IMG/VR virus record: IMGVR_UViG_3300045125_000114
Origin: an uncultured virus (IMG/VR IMGVR_UViG_3300045125_000114)
Taxonomy: Duplodnaviria > Heunggongvirae > Uroviricota > Caudoviricetes
Length of the DNA: 56,833 nucleotides
Strand: one strand, 5' to 3'
Every line of letters begins with the position of its first letter. The stretch's first letter is position 1. Position numbers and translations under genes: made by a program. The notes under the pieces were generated by a model. That model was not told the DNA's origin. It ran no database searches and saw nothing but the letters and a program-made list of their open reading frames with translations. This document shows positions 11,368 through 21,234 of this stretch, piece by piece.

Positions 11368-11385
11368 GCTTTTTCCAATTTTTTC

Positions 11386-11619
11386 TCAGTCGTCAATACT
11401 TCGCCATTTCTTTGCAGTTTTCGGCTGACTGAAATCAATTGGATACATTTGGCCCGGTGGCTCCCAATCCTCGCAGTCCACAAACCAACCGTCGGCGTGC
11501 CAGCCGCATATTGGAATCCACGTCACCGGGTCGGTCGGTTTCGCCCGTTGGGGTGCGATAAATATTGCCTCTTTATCTTCCCCCCAATTCTGTTTACAAA
11601 GGGGACAGATCGGTTTCAA
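11386..11619 (-). CDS. Small Cys-containing protein ending KKWRSIDD
   Basis: CPLC...CGWH; C-terminal RSIDD tag. Confidence 0.55.
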   Translation of the reverse strand: MKPICPLCKQNWGEDKEAIFIAPQRAKPTDPVTWIPICGWHADGWFVDCEDWEPPGQMYPIDFSQPKTAKKWRSIDD

Positions 11620-12340
11620 GTTCTGCCCTCAATGCGAATTTTCTGACCAGATTTCTTGAGTAAACTACGGCACAAGGAATACAAATTATCCTCGATTCTC
11701 GTGCCTTGCTCGTTTCAATGGTCTGTGGGCTACACATGACCGGGTGATTACAATTCCAGCAGTTCATTTCGACACTGCCCTCGGCACCGTTCCAATACGG
11801 GTCGCCGACACGGGCACAGATCAGAGAGACGGTTTGCGGCGAAGGCCAAGCTTTCAAACGGCTCTCGGCGTACCATTGGTAGTGTTGCTCGGCCGTTCCC
11901 CCGTCCCAACCGATAGCATCACCAATTTCCTTCCAAGTTTTGGATTGGGTGAGCATTTTTTCGATTGTGGGAATGTGGCCTTGGGCAATAAGGCCGAACA
12001 CCACCGGAGCGTTGTCCAAGGCGTCTTCGAGAGCAATCATATCGGGATGCTTCAAGATTTCGGAAAGGTCCGATATAGAGTTAATGGGAGGCATCACGTC
12101 CCATTCCTCTTTGTGCCCCTCGAACGGCAGCGGTACGACTGTGTAGTAGTGTTCGTTCACCATTGCCACGGCGTATTTACTGCCGCAAAACTCGTACTCT
12201 CGCACCCAAGGATAAATGCCCTGAACAACGAAGATGCCCTCTATCTTGTCCTTGATGTGGTGCATGAATTGCAGATAAACCTGTTCAGCCAGACTGCCGT
12301 CCATTATCCGTTCCGTGATCCCGCTCTGTTTCGGAGTCAT
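11594..12340 (-). CDS. Hypothetical protein with C-terminal CxxC pairs
   Basis: 248-aa ORF containing CWNC...CIPC. Confidence 0.6.
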   Translation of the reverse strand: MTPKQSGITERIMDGSLAEQVYLQFMHHIKDKIEGIFVVQGIYPWVREYEFCGSKYAVAMVNEHYYTVVPLPFEGHKEEWDVMPPINSISDLSEILKHPDMIALEDALDNAPVVFGLIAQGHIPTIEKMLTQSKTWKEIGDAIGWDGGTAEQHYQWYAESRLKAWPSPQTVSLICARVGDPYWNGAEGSVEMNCWNCNHPVMCSPQTIETSKARESRIICIPCAVVYSRNLVRKFALRAELETDLSPL

Positions 12341-12606
12341 TTTCTTTGCACCTCACACCGCCCCTTTTCCACTGGTCGTATGCCGCATACGCAGCGAACA
12401 AGGGTGCTGCAATTAAAGAAATCAAAATCAAATAGATGCCCATGAACACCATGCCAATGGCGTCCAGCAAAATCTCGTCCCAAGTCTCTCTGAACTCGAC
12501 GGCCCACTCTTCACGGTCAAGGAACTTTTTCTGGTAATTGATTCGGTACATTTTGTTTTCCTCCTGAGTTCTCAACCGCAGGAAGCTACTGGCCTTTAAC
12601 CGAGAT

Positions 12607-12822
12607 TCATTTTTTGTCCCAATCTGGGCCGTAAGTGCCGTCCATTGTCTGGGTGTCCTTGACCAAACAACAGAACATGACCAAGTGGATGCCGCTGTTG
12701 ATTCGGGGTTCTTGTTTCCTCAACTCCTTGACGAAGGGCAAAAGAAATCCCCTGTTATCCTGGGGAATTTGCCACTCCATTTCCTTGATGTATTCGTCAA
12801 GAATTTCTTCGTCGGTTTTCAT
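12607..12822 (-). CDS. Small hypothetical protein
   Basis: 71-aa ORF whose start overlaps the upstream stop codon. Confidence 0.5.
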   Translation of the reverse strand: MKTDEEILDEYIKEMEWQIPQDNRGFLLPFVKELRKQEPRINSGIHLVMFCCLVKDTQTMDGTYGPDWDKK

Positions 12823-13211
12823 TCAATAGACTCCGTAACTTCTGCGGTCGAGTTGTCTACACTCCGAAACTTACCGTCCAGCGTGTAAATCACCTTGATC
12901 CGACCGTGAAAGCGAAGGTTTTTCGTGTGAGGCTTGGTGCAGTCCACATTGAGATAAACCCAATAGGTTTCGTTTATCCGCCTGCAAGCGTTCACTTCGA
13001 TGTTATTGTCGTCGGTGGCCTTGATTAGCCACGTCTTGCAGCACTTCTCTGACTTGATGGGTTTGTCGTAAATGTCAGTCTTGATCTGATCCAACGGCTT
13101 GGGAAGTGGCTGGTGCCACATATCGTATTCCCGCTGCCGCATCTTCTCGTAGGAATCGGTTTCGCCACAGCCGAACATACAGACCACGACAAACGGCAAC
13201 AGCTTTTTCAT
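12819..13211 (-). CDS. Putative lipoprotein
   Basis: MKKLLPFVVVCMFGC lipobox-like start. Confidence 0.55.
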   Translation of the reverse strand: MKKLLPFVVVCMFGCGETDSYEKMRQREYDMWHQPLPKPLDQIKTDIYDKPIKSEKCCKTWLIKATDDNNIEVNACRRINETYWVYLNVDCTKPHTKNLRFHGRIKVIYTLDGKFRSVDNSTAEVTESIE

Positions 13212-13897
13212 TTTTTCACCACTTTCTTTTTCTTTGCTCGGTCCCGAATGTCCTGATAAAGCAAGTCTACAACAATGTGGTCGAACGGGACAAAAACCTT
13301 GGGATATTTCCATCCGTTCGGACCCAATTCCTTGCCCCCCGACAGGGTAATTTTGGATTCGGCTTGCGAAAGCTTTTTGTTTAGCTTTTCGGTTGCCATC
13401 TCCATTTGCCGCAACATACCTTCGGTTTGCTCTGCGACAAGTTCTGTACTGCTGTCTTTACCAAAATCTTCAGGTGCCAGTTCGAGTTCGTAACCGTACA
13501 GTCGCCCACGGCTGCGTTCTGGCCGTTTGACGGTGATGGTGATGTCGGCCGGGTCGTGGGGGTAAGACATCCAGTCTTTGGACGGCACGACGTTCCAGTG
13601 ATTAAAGTGACGCCAAACGATCCAATTTGCCACTGAGAGAACACCCGTTTGCAACGGGATCATGGCGTCCCATGAATCTACCAAGTCTTCAAATTTCTGA
13701 CGGCGATTTTTTGACAACACGCCATAGAACCAAGGGCCGGTCGGGATATCGTTACCCTTCTGTTTCTTAGACGCCGTGAAAAGATCGAACGGTAATTTCA
13801 TGAGCATTTCGAGGGCATCGGACATATGCCCGTCGTGCCATGTGTAAAGATCGACCGATTCTTTGCCGTCAGTCACCAGCATTTGGCCGTGTGTCAT
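13208..13897 (-). CDS. Hypothetical protein
   Basis: Intact 229-aa ORF with LYTWHDGH near the N-terminus. Confidence 0.6.
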   Translation of the reverse strand: MTHGQMLVTDGKESVDLYTWHDGHMSDALEMLMKLPFDLFTASKKQKGNDIPTGPWFYGVLSKNRRQKFEDLVDSWDAMIPLQTGVLSVANWIVWRHFNHWNVVPSKDWMSYPHDPADITITVKRPERSRGRLYGYELELAPEDFGKDSSTELVAEQTEGMLRQMEMATEKLNKKLSQAESKITLSGGKELGPNGWKYPKVFVPFDHIVVDLLYQDIRDRAKKKKVVKK

Positions 13898-14108
13898 CGC
13901 TCTTGCTCGTAGTTGGCTTCGATGCGTTCGAGTATTTCTTCTTTACTCTGCAAGTCCAGTTTCGGGTTGTCGTCGCCAGCAACATAGTCCCACCAGCCGA
14001 GAGAGTATGCAGTCTGCTCTCGGCCGAGAAGGAGAATTGTTGCGGTTGTTAACGCCGTCTGGACAGTCGTTGAAACCGGCCATGTAGACTTGCAACAATC
14101 GCTCGTTG

Positions 14109-14702
14109 TTATTCATCGACAGATTCCCACCAGCACTGGCACCCGTAGACAATTTTGTTGCCAGAATGCGGTGCCGGATTGTCCAAAACAATCTTCGGAT
14201 TGTTACCCACTTCCATCAGCTTGCCGCCGAGTTCGGCAAGTTGTTCGTCGCTGGGACGGACTTCGGCGTTTTCCAACGAACGAAGGGAGCCGTCGGGCAT
14301 TGCGACGAAAAACACGGGCACGTCACCGACGTAGGTTCCTTCGCCCCAATCCTCGCTCTGGTCCCCGCTCATGACCTTGACACGGTAGGGCGGTTTGGGA
14401 TCGGGCTTGAAGGACTTCGAGATGCCTTCGGCAATGGCGTCGGCCGACACCACGTCCAGAGGAATCTTCAACTCTTTGGCCTTCTCGTTGATGCGGTTCT
14501 GATACGGACGAATCAGACGAATCAGGTCGTCCCTGAAATCTTCCTTGCCGCCCTTCTCGTGCAACAAGTTGCTGATTTCCTTCACCGCTTCCGCCGGAAT
14601 CAGTTCGGCCAGCGATACGGCTTTTGTGGGCACGATGAGTTCCGGTTCCTCCCCGTCAGGGGTCTTGCGTAGATCGAACACCATGAAGCCTTGACTGTTC
14701 AA
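14109..14702 (-). CDS. Hypothetical protein; start uncertain, may be fused to the upstream ORF
   Basis: 197-aa ORF ending IVYGCQCWWESVDE. Confidence 0.55.
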   Translation of the reverse strand: MNSQGFMVFDLRKTPDGEEPELIVPTKAVSLAELIPAEAVKEISNLLHEKGGKEDFRDDLIRLIRPYQNRINEKAKELKIPLDVVSADAIAEGISKSFKPDPKPPYRVKVMSGDQSEDWGEGTYVGDVPVFFVAMPDGSLRSLENAEVRPSDEQLAELGGKLMEVGNNPKIVLDNPAPHSGNKIVYGCQCWWESVDE

Positions 14703-15409
14703 AACACGAAGGATGGCCCGGCTGACGTGGTACTGGCGGCGTTCCGGGGCACATCCATACCGTCACCCAATTCTTTGAGAAGTTCGCCGATCTTTTCCTG
14801 ATCCAAGAACTGCTTTTGCGCTATGATTTCACGAAGGGCTTCGGGGATGAACCCCTTGCATTTCGTGTTGTCAATGGCATCGGGATCGAACCCCTCGACC
14901 GCCGGGTGCTTGTCGAGCCACTTGAATTCCGGCCCGCCCTTACCGTGGTAGGAGTAGGGGAGCAGGAACATTTTGAAATTGCCATCACGGTCGATGCGCT
15001 GGCAGAGCAAAACGTCAACGATGTCGCCTCGCTCGCAGGCACCTTCCTCGTCGCACATCTTCTGCATCGAGCCGGGCGGGTATTGCTTGCGGAATTCAGC
15101 TTCCGCCTCTTCCATCGTTGCGCCTTCTTTGGCCTTCACCGACGCCGTGTGAGCGTCCATGATGATAGAAAGGGCGTCGGCATCGAATCCCATGCGGGCC
15201 AATGCAGCGGCATGAAGCCCGGCGTGCTTGTCCACTTGCGGGGCCACGATTGTTGCTACAACCTGACCGTCCTTTTCAACGAACACGGTGGGCGGAACGT
15301 CGCCCCGGTCGCTCGTTTCCACCCACATCTTCTTGTGGCGCTTGGCGACTCGCTTGAAATCATCGAAATTGAAAGGGATCACATCGGACTTCATGTTATT
15401 CCTCGTCAA
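14699..15409 (-). CDS. Hypothetical protein
   Basis: 236-aa ORF; GAGGA SD precedes the internal MKSDVIPF start. Confidence 0.6.
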   Translation of the reverse strand: MTRNNMKSDVIPFNFDDFKRVAKRHKKMWVETSDRGDVPPTVFVEKDGQVVATIVAPQVDKHAGLHAAALARMGFDADALSIIMDAHTASVKAKEGATMEEAEAEFRKQYPPGSMQKMCDEEGACERGDIVDVLLCQRIDRDGNFKMFLLPYSYHGKGGPEFKWLDKHPAVEGFDPDAIDNTKCKGFIPEALREIIAQKQFLDQEKIGELLKELGDGMDVPRNAASTTSAGPSFVF

Positions 15410-15674
15410 TGGAACGGAACTTTTTGGTTTTGGGTTTGGTTTCTTCGGGCGATTTCTGGCACTCAGGGCAAGTCAGTTTGCATTTGCACGCCGAACATTG
15501 AACTGAGACACACTTGAAGTAATCAAATTCACGCTGACTTCGTGTGTAATTGTCTTCGTAATCTTTCGCAACAAGCTTCAGTCGTTGGTTTTCAGTCATC
15601 AACAACCAAACAAAGAAAAACGCAACAAGATTTACAATCACGCAAATCAACAAAATGGCTTGTGTGGTGTTCAT
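15396..15674 (-). CDS. Small membrane-anchored CxxC protein ending KKFRSIDEE
   Basis: N-terminal hydrophobic helix, CSAC..CPEC, RSIDEE tail. Confidence 0.6.
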   Translation of the reverse strand: MNTTQAILLICVIVNLVAFFFVWLLMTENQRLKLVAKDYEDNYTRSQREFDYFKCVSVQCSACKCKLTCPECQKSPEETKPKTKKFRSIDEE

Positions 15675-16008
15675 TAGTCATCAATGGAGCGGAATTTTTT
15701 GGGCTTGGGTTCTCTGTTTTTATCCAACTCTTTGACGACTTCGGCGCGCACTTGGGACAAAGGCAGACTTCCCAACCTCGCAGTTCTGCTTTGCAAACTC
15801 CACAAGCTGCGTGCGGGTCAATGCTTTGCAAGACCTGTAGCTTTTTTGTTTCAACAATCATTTTCTCGGTTTCTGCGGTGAGCATATCCGCTTGTGCCCG
15901 CAGAAGCTTTCGTGCCTGATACAACTTATAAGTCATGAACAACGACATGGCGACGATGGGCCAAGTCATGATCTGCATGAAAAAGGTTATCTGCCTGAAC
16001 GTTTCCAT
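15674..16008 (-). CDS. Small membrane-anchored CxxC protein ending KKFRSIDD (frameshifted)
   Basis: TM helix, CGVC...CPKC; the corrected frame ends EPKPKKFRSIDD*. Same architecture as its neighbour. Confidence 0.6.
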
Positions 16009-16433
16009 TAAAGAACCTCAGCAGGCATTAGGATGTCCGGCTCCATATCATTTTCCAAACAGGCAACAACCGCAGCGTGACCGGCTCTCGCAGCTTCCAG
16101 CGTACTGTATCGCCACTGGTAATCGCCGTATTTGCCGCCAAACACCATCGTCTCGAAAATCAATGGTCGTACTTTGTGATCCGCACGATAATTGTGATTT
16201 AGACCCAGACAGACGGTAGAAACGGTCTGTTCGCCGTCAATGTCGGTTTCCGCCACTCTGCGGTTGTCGTTATTTTCAAACCAAGCCGCCCACTCTTGCC
16301 AGCCGCATGGGATCACTTCCTCGCCGACAAGAATGTAATGTCGTCCGTCGTGTTCACGAGCGGGCGGGACGCCGAGTACCTTGTCCAGTTCACTCTGGAT
16401 GGCCTTGTTGACATCATCGAACATTCCCGCCAT
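16008..16433 (-). CDS. Hypothetical phage protein
   Basis: VSTVCLGLNH...PLIFETMVFGG...RYSTLEAARAGH. Confidence 0.6.
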   Translation of the reverse strand: MAGMFDDVNKAIQSELDKVLGVPPAREHDGRHYILVGEEVIPCGWQEWAAWFENNDNRRVAETDIDGEQTVSTVCLGLNHNYRADHKVRPLIFETMVFGGKYGDYQWRYSTLEAARAGHAAVVACLENDMEPDILMPAEVL

Positions 16434-16934
16434 TTTCTTTCTCCATAATGCGGTCGTAAACTGGCTGGGGGACATAATCGTAAATAATGTCCTTCCATCC
16501 TTCCGGGCCGATCAAACCCTTGACCAAACTCGAACTTACTTCGGCAATCTCCCTCGGAGGCATCAGGAAGATGGTCGTGATGGTCTTGTCCATGTCGCCG
16601 TTCACGTTCCTCATCACCCGCTCGTAATCAAAATCGGCTTCGCTTCTGAGTCCCCGGAGCAGATAATTCGCACCGACCGAGCGGGCGTAATCGACAAGAT
16701 ACCTGTTGGTGTAGGATTCGACTGTGACACGACTTTCGGGAATCAGAAAGACCTCAAGGTGTCCTTGAGGGATTGCTCCCGTTCCTCTACGGTGAAGTAA
16801 GAAGTTTTCTTTGCCGGATTGACGCCGATGGCAACGTGCAAGTGGTCGAACAGCAAGACGCCTTGCTTAATCATCCACCAGTGACCGTTGGTGAGGATGT
16901 CGAACGCACCGGCGTAGATTCCTTTGCGAAGCAT
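16414..16934 (-). CDS. coaD: Phosphopantetheine adenylyltransferase (frameshifted)
   Basis: GIYAGAFDILTNGH (HxGH), VAIGVNPAKK..FTVEER, LLRGLRSEADFDYE, TIFL...EVSSSLVK. Confidence 0.9.
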
Positions 16935-17404
16935 TTATCTCTCCTCAAATCAATTCGTTTTATAGCCTCGGCAAGTATGAGTTTTTCTTCGTAATCGTAC
17001 AATGCGTTGAAAGTAAAATTGCATCTCTTACAACAAGGAACGCAATTGTCAAATGAATAACCCTTGCCGCTATCTTTGCGATCCAAACCAGAGCCAACTT
17101 TCTCAATGTCCTTGCCGCAATAATGGCAAAGTCCGCATTGAATTATTTGTTGATATTCCAACAAACTAAGATCGTGTTCAATGTTACCTCTTTTGGCTCT
17201 GCGTAAACTTTCTGCATAACGGTACTTTGGCTGCTCGCACCGTTTTCGTTTCTCGATTTTGTGAGCATCATAATATAATTGTCGTTTTATTCTTAGCTTT
17301 TCGTCATCTTTGATTCTCTGCCAACGGAGCCGAGACTTTTCCTTGATTCGCTCACGGTTCTTCAGGTAATACTCACGAAGTTTCTCTTTGCGGTCGTTTG
17401 GCAT
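16871..17404 (-). CDS. HNH endonuclease
   Basis: CHYCG...GSGLDRKDSGKGYSFDNCVPCCKRCN with a basic N-terminus. Confidence 0.8.
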   Translation of the reverse strand: MPNDRKEKLREYYLKNRERIKEKSRLRWQRIKDDEKLRIKRQLYYDAHKIEKRKRCEQPKYRYAESLRRAKRGNIEHDLSLLEYQQIIQCGLCHYCGKDIEKVGSGLDRKDSGKGYSFDNCVPCCKRCNFTFNALYDYEEKLILAEAIKRIDLRRDKCFAKESTPVRSTSSPTVTGG

Positions 17405-17478
17405 GGGTAAATTCCTCCATGCCATTGTACGCCCATCTTACCTCAGAAACCGACAGACGTAAACCTAAATACCGCACC

Positions 17479-17912
17479 ATGCAAAACTTCTGGACGTGGC
17501 TCGAAAGCGCCGAACCCCACCCGACTGCTGCCGTGATCGTACTCAAAGACGGAAAGGCTTTGATTTTACGGCGAGGAATGACCGCACCTTGGATGCCCGG
17601 CAAATGGAACCTGCCGGGGGCGGAATCGAAGAGGGCGAATCACCACAACTTGCGGCCGTTCGTGAGTGCGAAGAAGAGGCCGGACTTACACCGACCGGCG
17701 TGACTTTTTACAAGAAAGTCTACGATCCGGGATTTACTTTGTATTTGTTCAAAGGCAAAACGACCCAAGAGCCGCACATCGACTTTGAAAGTGATGGCTA
17801 CGCTTGGGTCGCACTTCAAGATTTGAAACATTACCAATTCGTGCCTCACGTTGGCGAAGCACTGGCGTCTGTGTTATCGCAGACAGATGTAGGTTACAAG
17901 GCCGACAACTAA
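17479..17912 (+). CDS. NUDIX hydrolase in opposite orientation (frameshifted)
   Basis: WNLPGGGIEEGESPQLAAVRECEEEAG Nudix box; N-terminus MQNFWTWLES; preceded by CTAAATA. Confidence 0.85.
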
Positions 17913-18362
17913 CAGTCCGAGTACGACGATTGTGCCGCACCCCAATTTGAACATGGTGTCGATGCCCTGACCGATGCCGTCGCCGAAGTTACCCATTTTG
18001 ACTTCGCCCCCATCGTCTTGCTGCAAAACTTCGGTGGCGCTGATCTTGATGGTGCCGGGTTGCGGAAGGACTTCGCTTTCGAGCAAGTCCATGACGGCAC
18101 TGATTGCGGCGATCTGGGCTTCCCGCTTCATGCCGATCACATCCTTGAAAATGCCCTTGGCCTCGGAAAAGTCTTGGTCGCTCATGCCCTTGGGCCGGGT
18201 CAGCTTCATTTTCGGCAGAAGGAAACAACCGTTTTCGTCGGCACAAGATTTGGCCGACTCCATTACTTCGGGGCTGACTTTTTGGCCCTTGACTTGGCCT
18301 TCCTGAACCAGCAACTCCCAACGGAGTTGTTCGAGCATCTTGTAAGTGCAAGACATGCACAT
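17874..18362 (-). CDS. Hypothetical protein(s) with C-terminal TM segment
   Basis: MCMSCTYKMLEQ... downstream of a TTTACA-N17-TATTGT promoter; may be two genes. Confidence 0.5.
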   Translation of the reverse strand: MCMSCTYKMLEQLRWELLVQEGQVKGQKVSPEVMESAKSCADENGCFLLPKMKLTRPKGMSDQDFSEAKGIFKDVIGMKREAQIAAISAVMDLLESEVLPQPGTIKISATEVLQQDDGGEVKMGNFGDGIGQGIDTMFKLGCGTIVVLGLLVVGLVTYICLR

Positions 18363-18386
18363 TTTGTTTCCCTTTGGTCTGCAAAT

Positions 18387-18415
18387 ACAATACCACCGCA
18401 AACCGCCGATGTAAA
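18387..18415 (-). promoter_or_regulatory. Sigma70-like promoter
   Basis: TTTACA-N17-TATTGT. Confidence 0.6.
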
Positions 18416-18691
18416 CCGAAAATCAATCCTTCGGCCGGACCCACCCCGGACTCACGTCCACGGACACCAGTTTGTAAAGGTTTCGCTGGCCCGCCTCGTC
18501 GGGCACGGGCACCCAACCGGTAACACTCATGTAGGAATCGTGCATGAGAACTTCGGGCGTTGATGTCAAAACGGTGTTGTCAATCAACGTGCCGTTCTCG
18601 TCACGGCTGATGAAATGGACTTCGAGGTTCCCACGGTGAGTGTTGGCGTGGCCCTTCAACCATTTCCCGTCTTCAATTCGGTAGTAGCATT

Positions 18692-19275
18692 TCATTGTGG
18701 TTTACCTACAAGGCCGTAAGCCTGAACCAGAGCCTTCGTGAAAAACGAAGGGTCGTCGCTCATCGCCTTCAACCAGATCGGCAGATATTCGTCGTACTTG
18801 GGGTCAATGGGCTGACCCTTCAAACCGTTGGCAATTTCCAAAATCAGCCGCAACTTGTCTAGTTGACATCCGCCCCAAGCACTTGCGAAGCCGCTGGGGT
18901 CAAATTCTTCGACATTTTGCACCGGAGCGGGTTTTTGCCACTGTGCGGCAGTAAGACCAAACACCTGCTCGGCATTAAACACATTGGCGGTTTGCGCGCA
19001 GTCGGGTGACGGGCCACAACAATGTTCGCCGCCCACTGGCCTTCTGTCACAGTTTCGGGACGCTTTTTCACCTTCAGTCGCAAGTGACCCCATTGTTGGT
19101 AAGTTGCCCAATAGGGACTTTTGAAGCCGTGTCGGAGAGCGTGAGCATTCAACAGCATGGCGTTGATGCCGTTGTAATTCGCATTAGACCATGCGTTGAC
19201 AGGAACCATCCCCGCTCGCCACGGGGGTTGGCCTGCACGCATGGCTTCGGCGATATAGTCAACTTGCTTGTTCAT
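18692..19275 (-). CDS. ArdC-like N-terminal ssDNA-binding (DUF1738) protein (frameshifted)
   Basis: GQPPW...PVNAWSNANYNGINAMLL......FKSPYWATYQQW...KVKK...VFNAEQVFG. Confidence 0.78.
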
Positions 19276-20359
19276 TTTGAATGCGTTGAATACGAGAAGC
19301 CACAAATGCCACGCACACGCCCAAACTGTCAGCGTGTCCGTTCATGTACATTTGCAGGGCATTCGATAAACCGGCCAAAAGACCGGCATAGAAATCTGCC
19401 GATTCGTTACCGGCAAACAACGCCGCCAATTCCTTCTCGGTTTCAGGGCTGATGTGTTCCATTTGTGCAGCGAATTGCTGCACAATTTCACGCTTGTACC
19501 GATGATCGAGTTTCATTTTTTGGCCTTTTAGTGAAACAGGTGTTTCTTGATGGCCCAATACGAGTAACCCATCAAGGTTCGCTCCTGTTGGGCGAATTCC
19601 TTGTACTCGGCTTCCGAGAACAGGTCGGCACAGAACTTGAACACGCCACGGTCGCCGAGCATTGCGACCGTCTCGCCCGGCTGAGAGCTGTGCCGTCAAT
19701 TCGGCAAAGCCGCTGCCGGTACTGACGAGTTTTCGCCCGCCCGCATCACGAATCGCTTGCTCGTTTGCGGGGTTGAAATAGCGGCCCATTCTTTTCCCTT
19801 TCCAATTGAGATACTGAACAACTTCGGGACCGGACGGCGGCTCAGGTTCGCCGCCGTTTCTGTAAAGCTGAACGACTTTTTGTGCGTCTTCGAGAGAACA
19901 TACTGGTATTAGTCCCAAGGCCACGGCCACGCTTGTCAAGCTGGAACCAACAAAATGGAAAATACCAGAGTCTCACTTGGGCTTCGTAGCCACAATAATT
20001 GTCTTTGATTATCCGGTATTTATTCTTGAACATCGCTTGTACCCTTCGCAAGCACAGGTTTGGGAGTTGCACTGCAGCTTGAGACTGGCTTCGCTGTTGA
20101 TCGAAAGCCACGCCTCAATCTTATCAACTAAACCTGCCGGACCAAGCTTCAATTCGTGTTCTTCGATGATGTGCCGGGCCGAATCCGAGCCGCATGACGC
20201 ACTTGGAAATCGCCCCACGCTTCATAATGGGCATGACCCACACGCCGACCCAAACCCCGTCAACGGTCAACAGCGTCGATTCCGAGCGTGTAATCGTCTT
20301 GCCCCGACGTTCCAGTTCGCCGATCACGTCCTTGAGAACAAGCAAACGAGCGGCTTCGG

Positions 20360-21166
20360 TCATTTCAGCCTCCGGTATTCGACAACGTAACGCTCGCCCA
20401 ACGACACCTTGTAATCACGAACCAGTTGCTTGGCAATTGATTCGCTGGTCGCCTTGTCGATTTGCTCGAAATTCTTGTTCATGTCGAAACGGGCAACGAT
20501 TTCGTAATCGTTTACAACAGGAGTTTCCTCCCACCGCCCGGTTTCCGGGTTCTTCACCCAACCCTCTGGGATTTTCTTCAAACGACGTTCGATTTCGTCT
20601 TCCAACTGCGGGTCCGGGGCACCGGCGTCTGAAGGAACGTCGTCAACCACTTTGGCAACGGGGATGCCGTGGGTCGCCTTCTTCGGCGTCATCAAGGACG
20701 GGAAATACTTGACGCATTCCGGCCCGATGCCCCGCTCCACGCTTTCGGGAGTGGTCAAAAGACGATGGCACCGGCCGCACCGACCCTCGTGGTGCAGCTT
20801 GAAACCGTGCTTCTCAATTTCGTCGGCTGTCCCGTCCCATACCCGCTTGAGGGTGCGCCGGAGAAGCTGAACCTCTACGGAGTTTTCGCCCCGCTTGGAG
20901 TTGCCGGTGAGACGAACTTCACCCGTTGCCGGGTTGAGCAGGCCGATATAGCTGTAGTTTGCGGTGTTGTCGGGGCCGGTGAGTAATTGAACGAAATACG
21001 CCTCATCGAACTCGGCGGAAGCCGCCTTGAACTTTACACGGAAAGTGTAGTGGGGCTTCGGTTCTTCGTTGTTCTTCTTCTTCCAGTCGGCCCGGAAGTT
21101 GTCCGGGTTCTCGATGGTGAAAATCGCCTTGCCCGCAGTGATGAATTCTTTCGTGACGGTCGGCAT
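20360..21166 (-). CDS. DUF6011 domain protein
   Basis: HEGRCGRCHRLLTTPESVERGIGPEC; YFVQLLTGPDNTANYSYIG. Confidence 0.8.
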   Translation of the reverse strand: MPTVTKEFITAGKAIFTIENPDNFRADWKKKNNEEPKPHYTFRVKFKAASAEFDEAYFVQLLTGPDNTANYSYIGLLNPATGEVRLTGNSKRGENSVEVQLLRRTLKRVWDGTADEIEKHGFKLHHEGRCGRCHRLLTTPESVERGIGPECVKYFPSLMTPKKATHGIPVAKVVDDVPSDAGAPDPQLEDEIERRLKKIPEGWVKNPETGRWEETPVVNDYEIVARFDMNKNFEQIDKATSESIAKQLVRDYKVSLGERYVVEYRRLK

Positions 21167-21197
21167 GTTGCACCCCGTATTTGTTGTGTTCGCAGAA

Positions 21198-21234
21198 GAC
21201 CAGACGGGACAGTTCCCGTCTGGTGCAACAACTT
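21198..21234 (-). promoter_or_regulatory. Bipartite repeat motif, copy 3 (also a hairpin)
   Basis: TGTTGCACC-agacgggaactgtc-CCGTCTGGTC. Confidence 0.7.
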
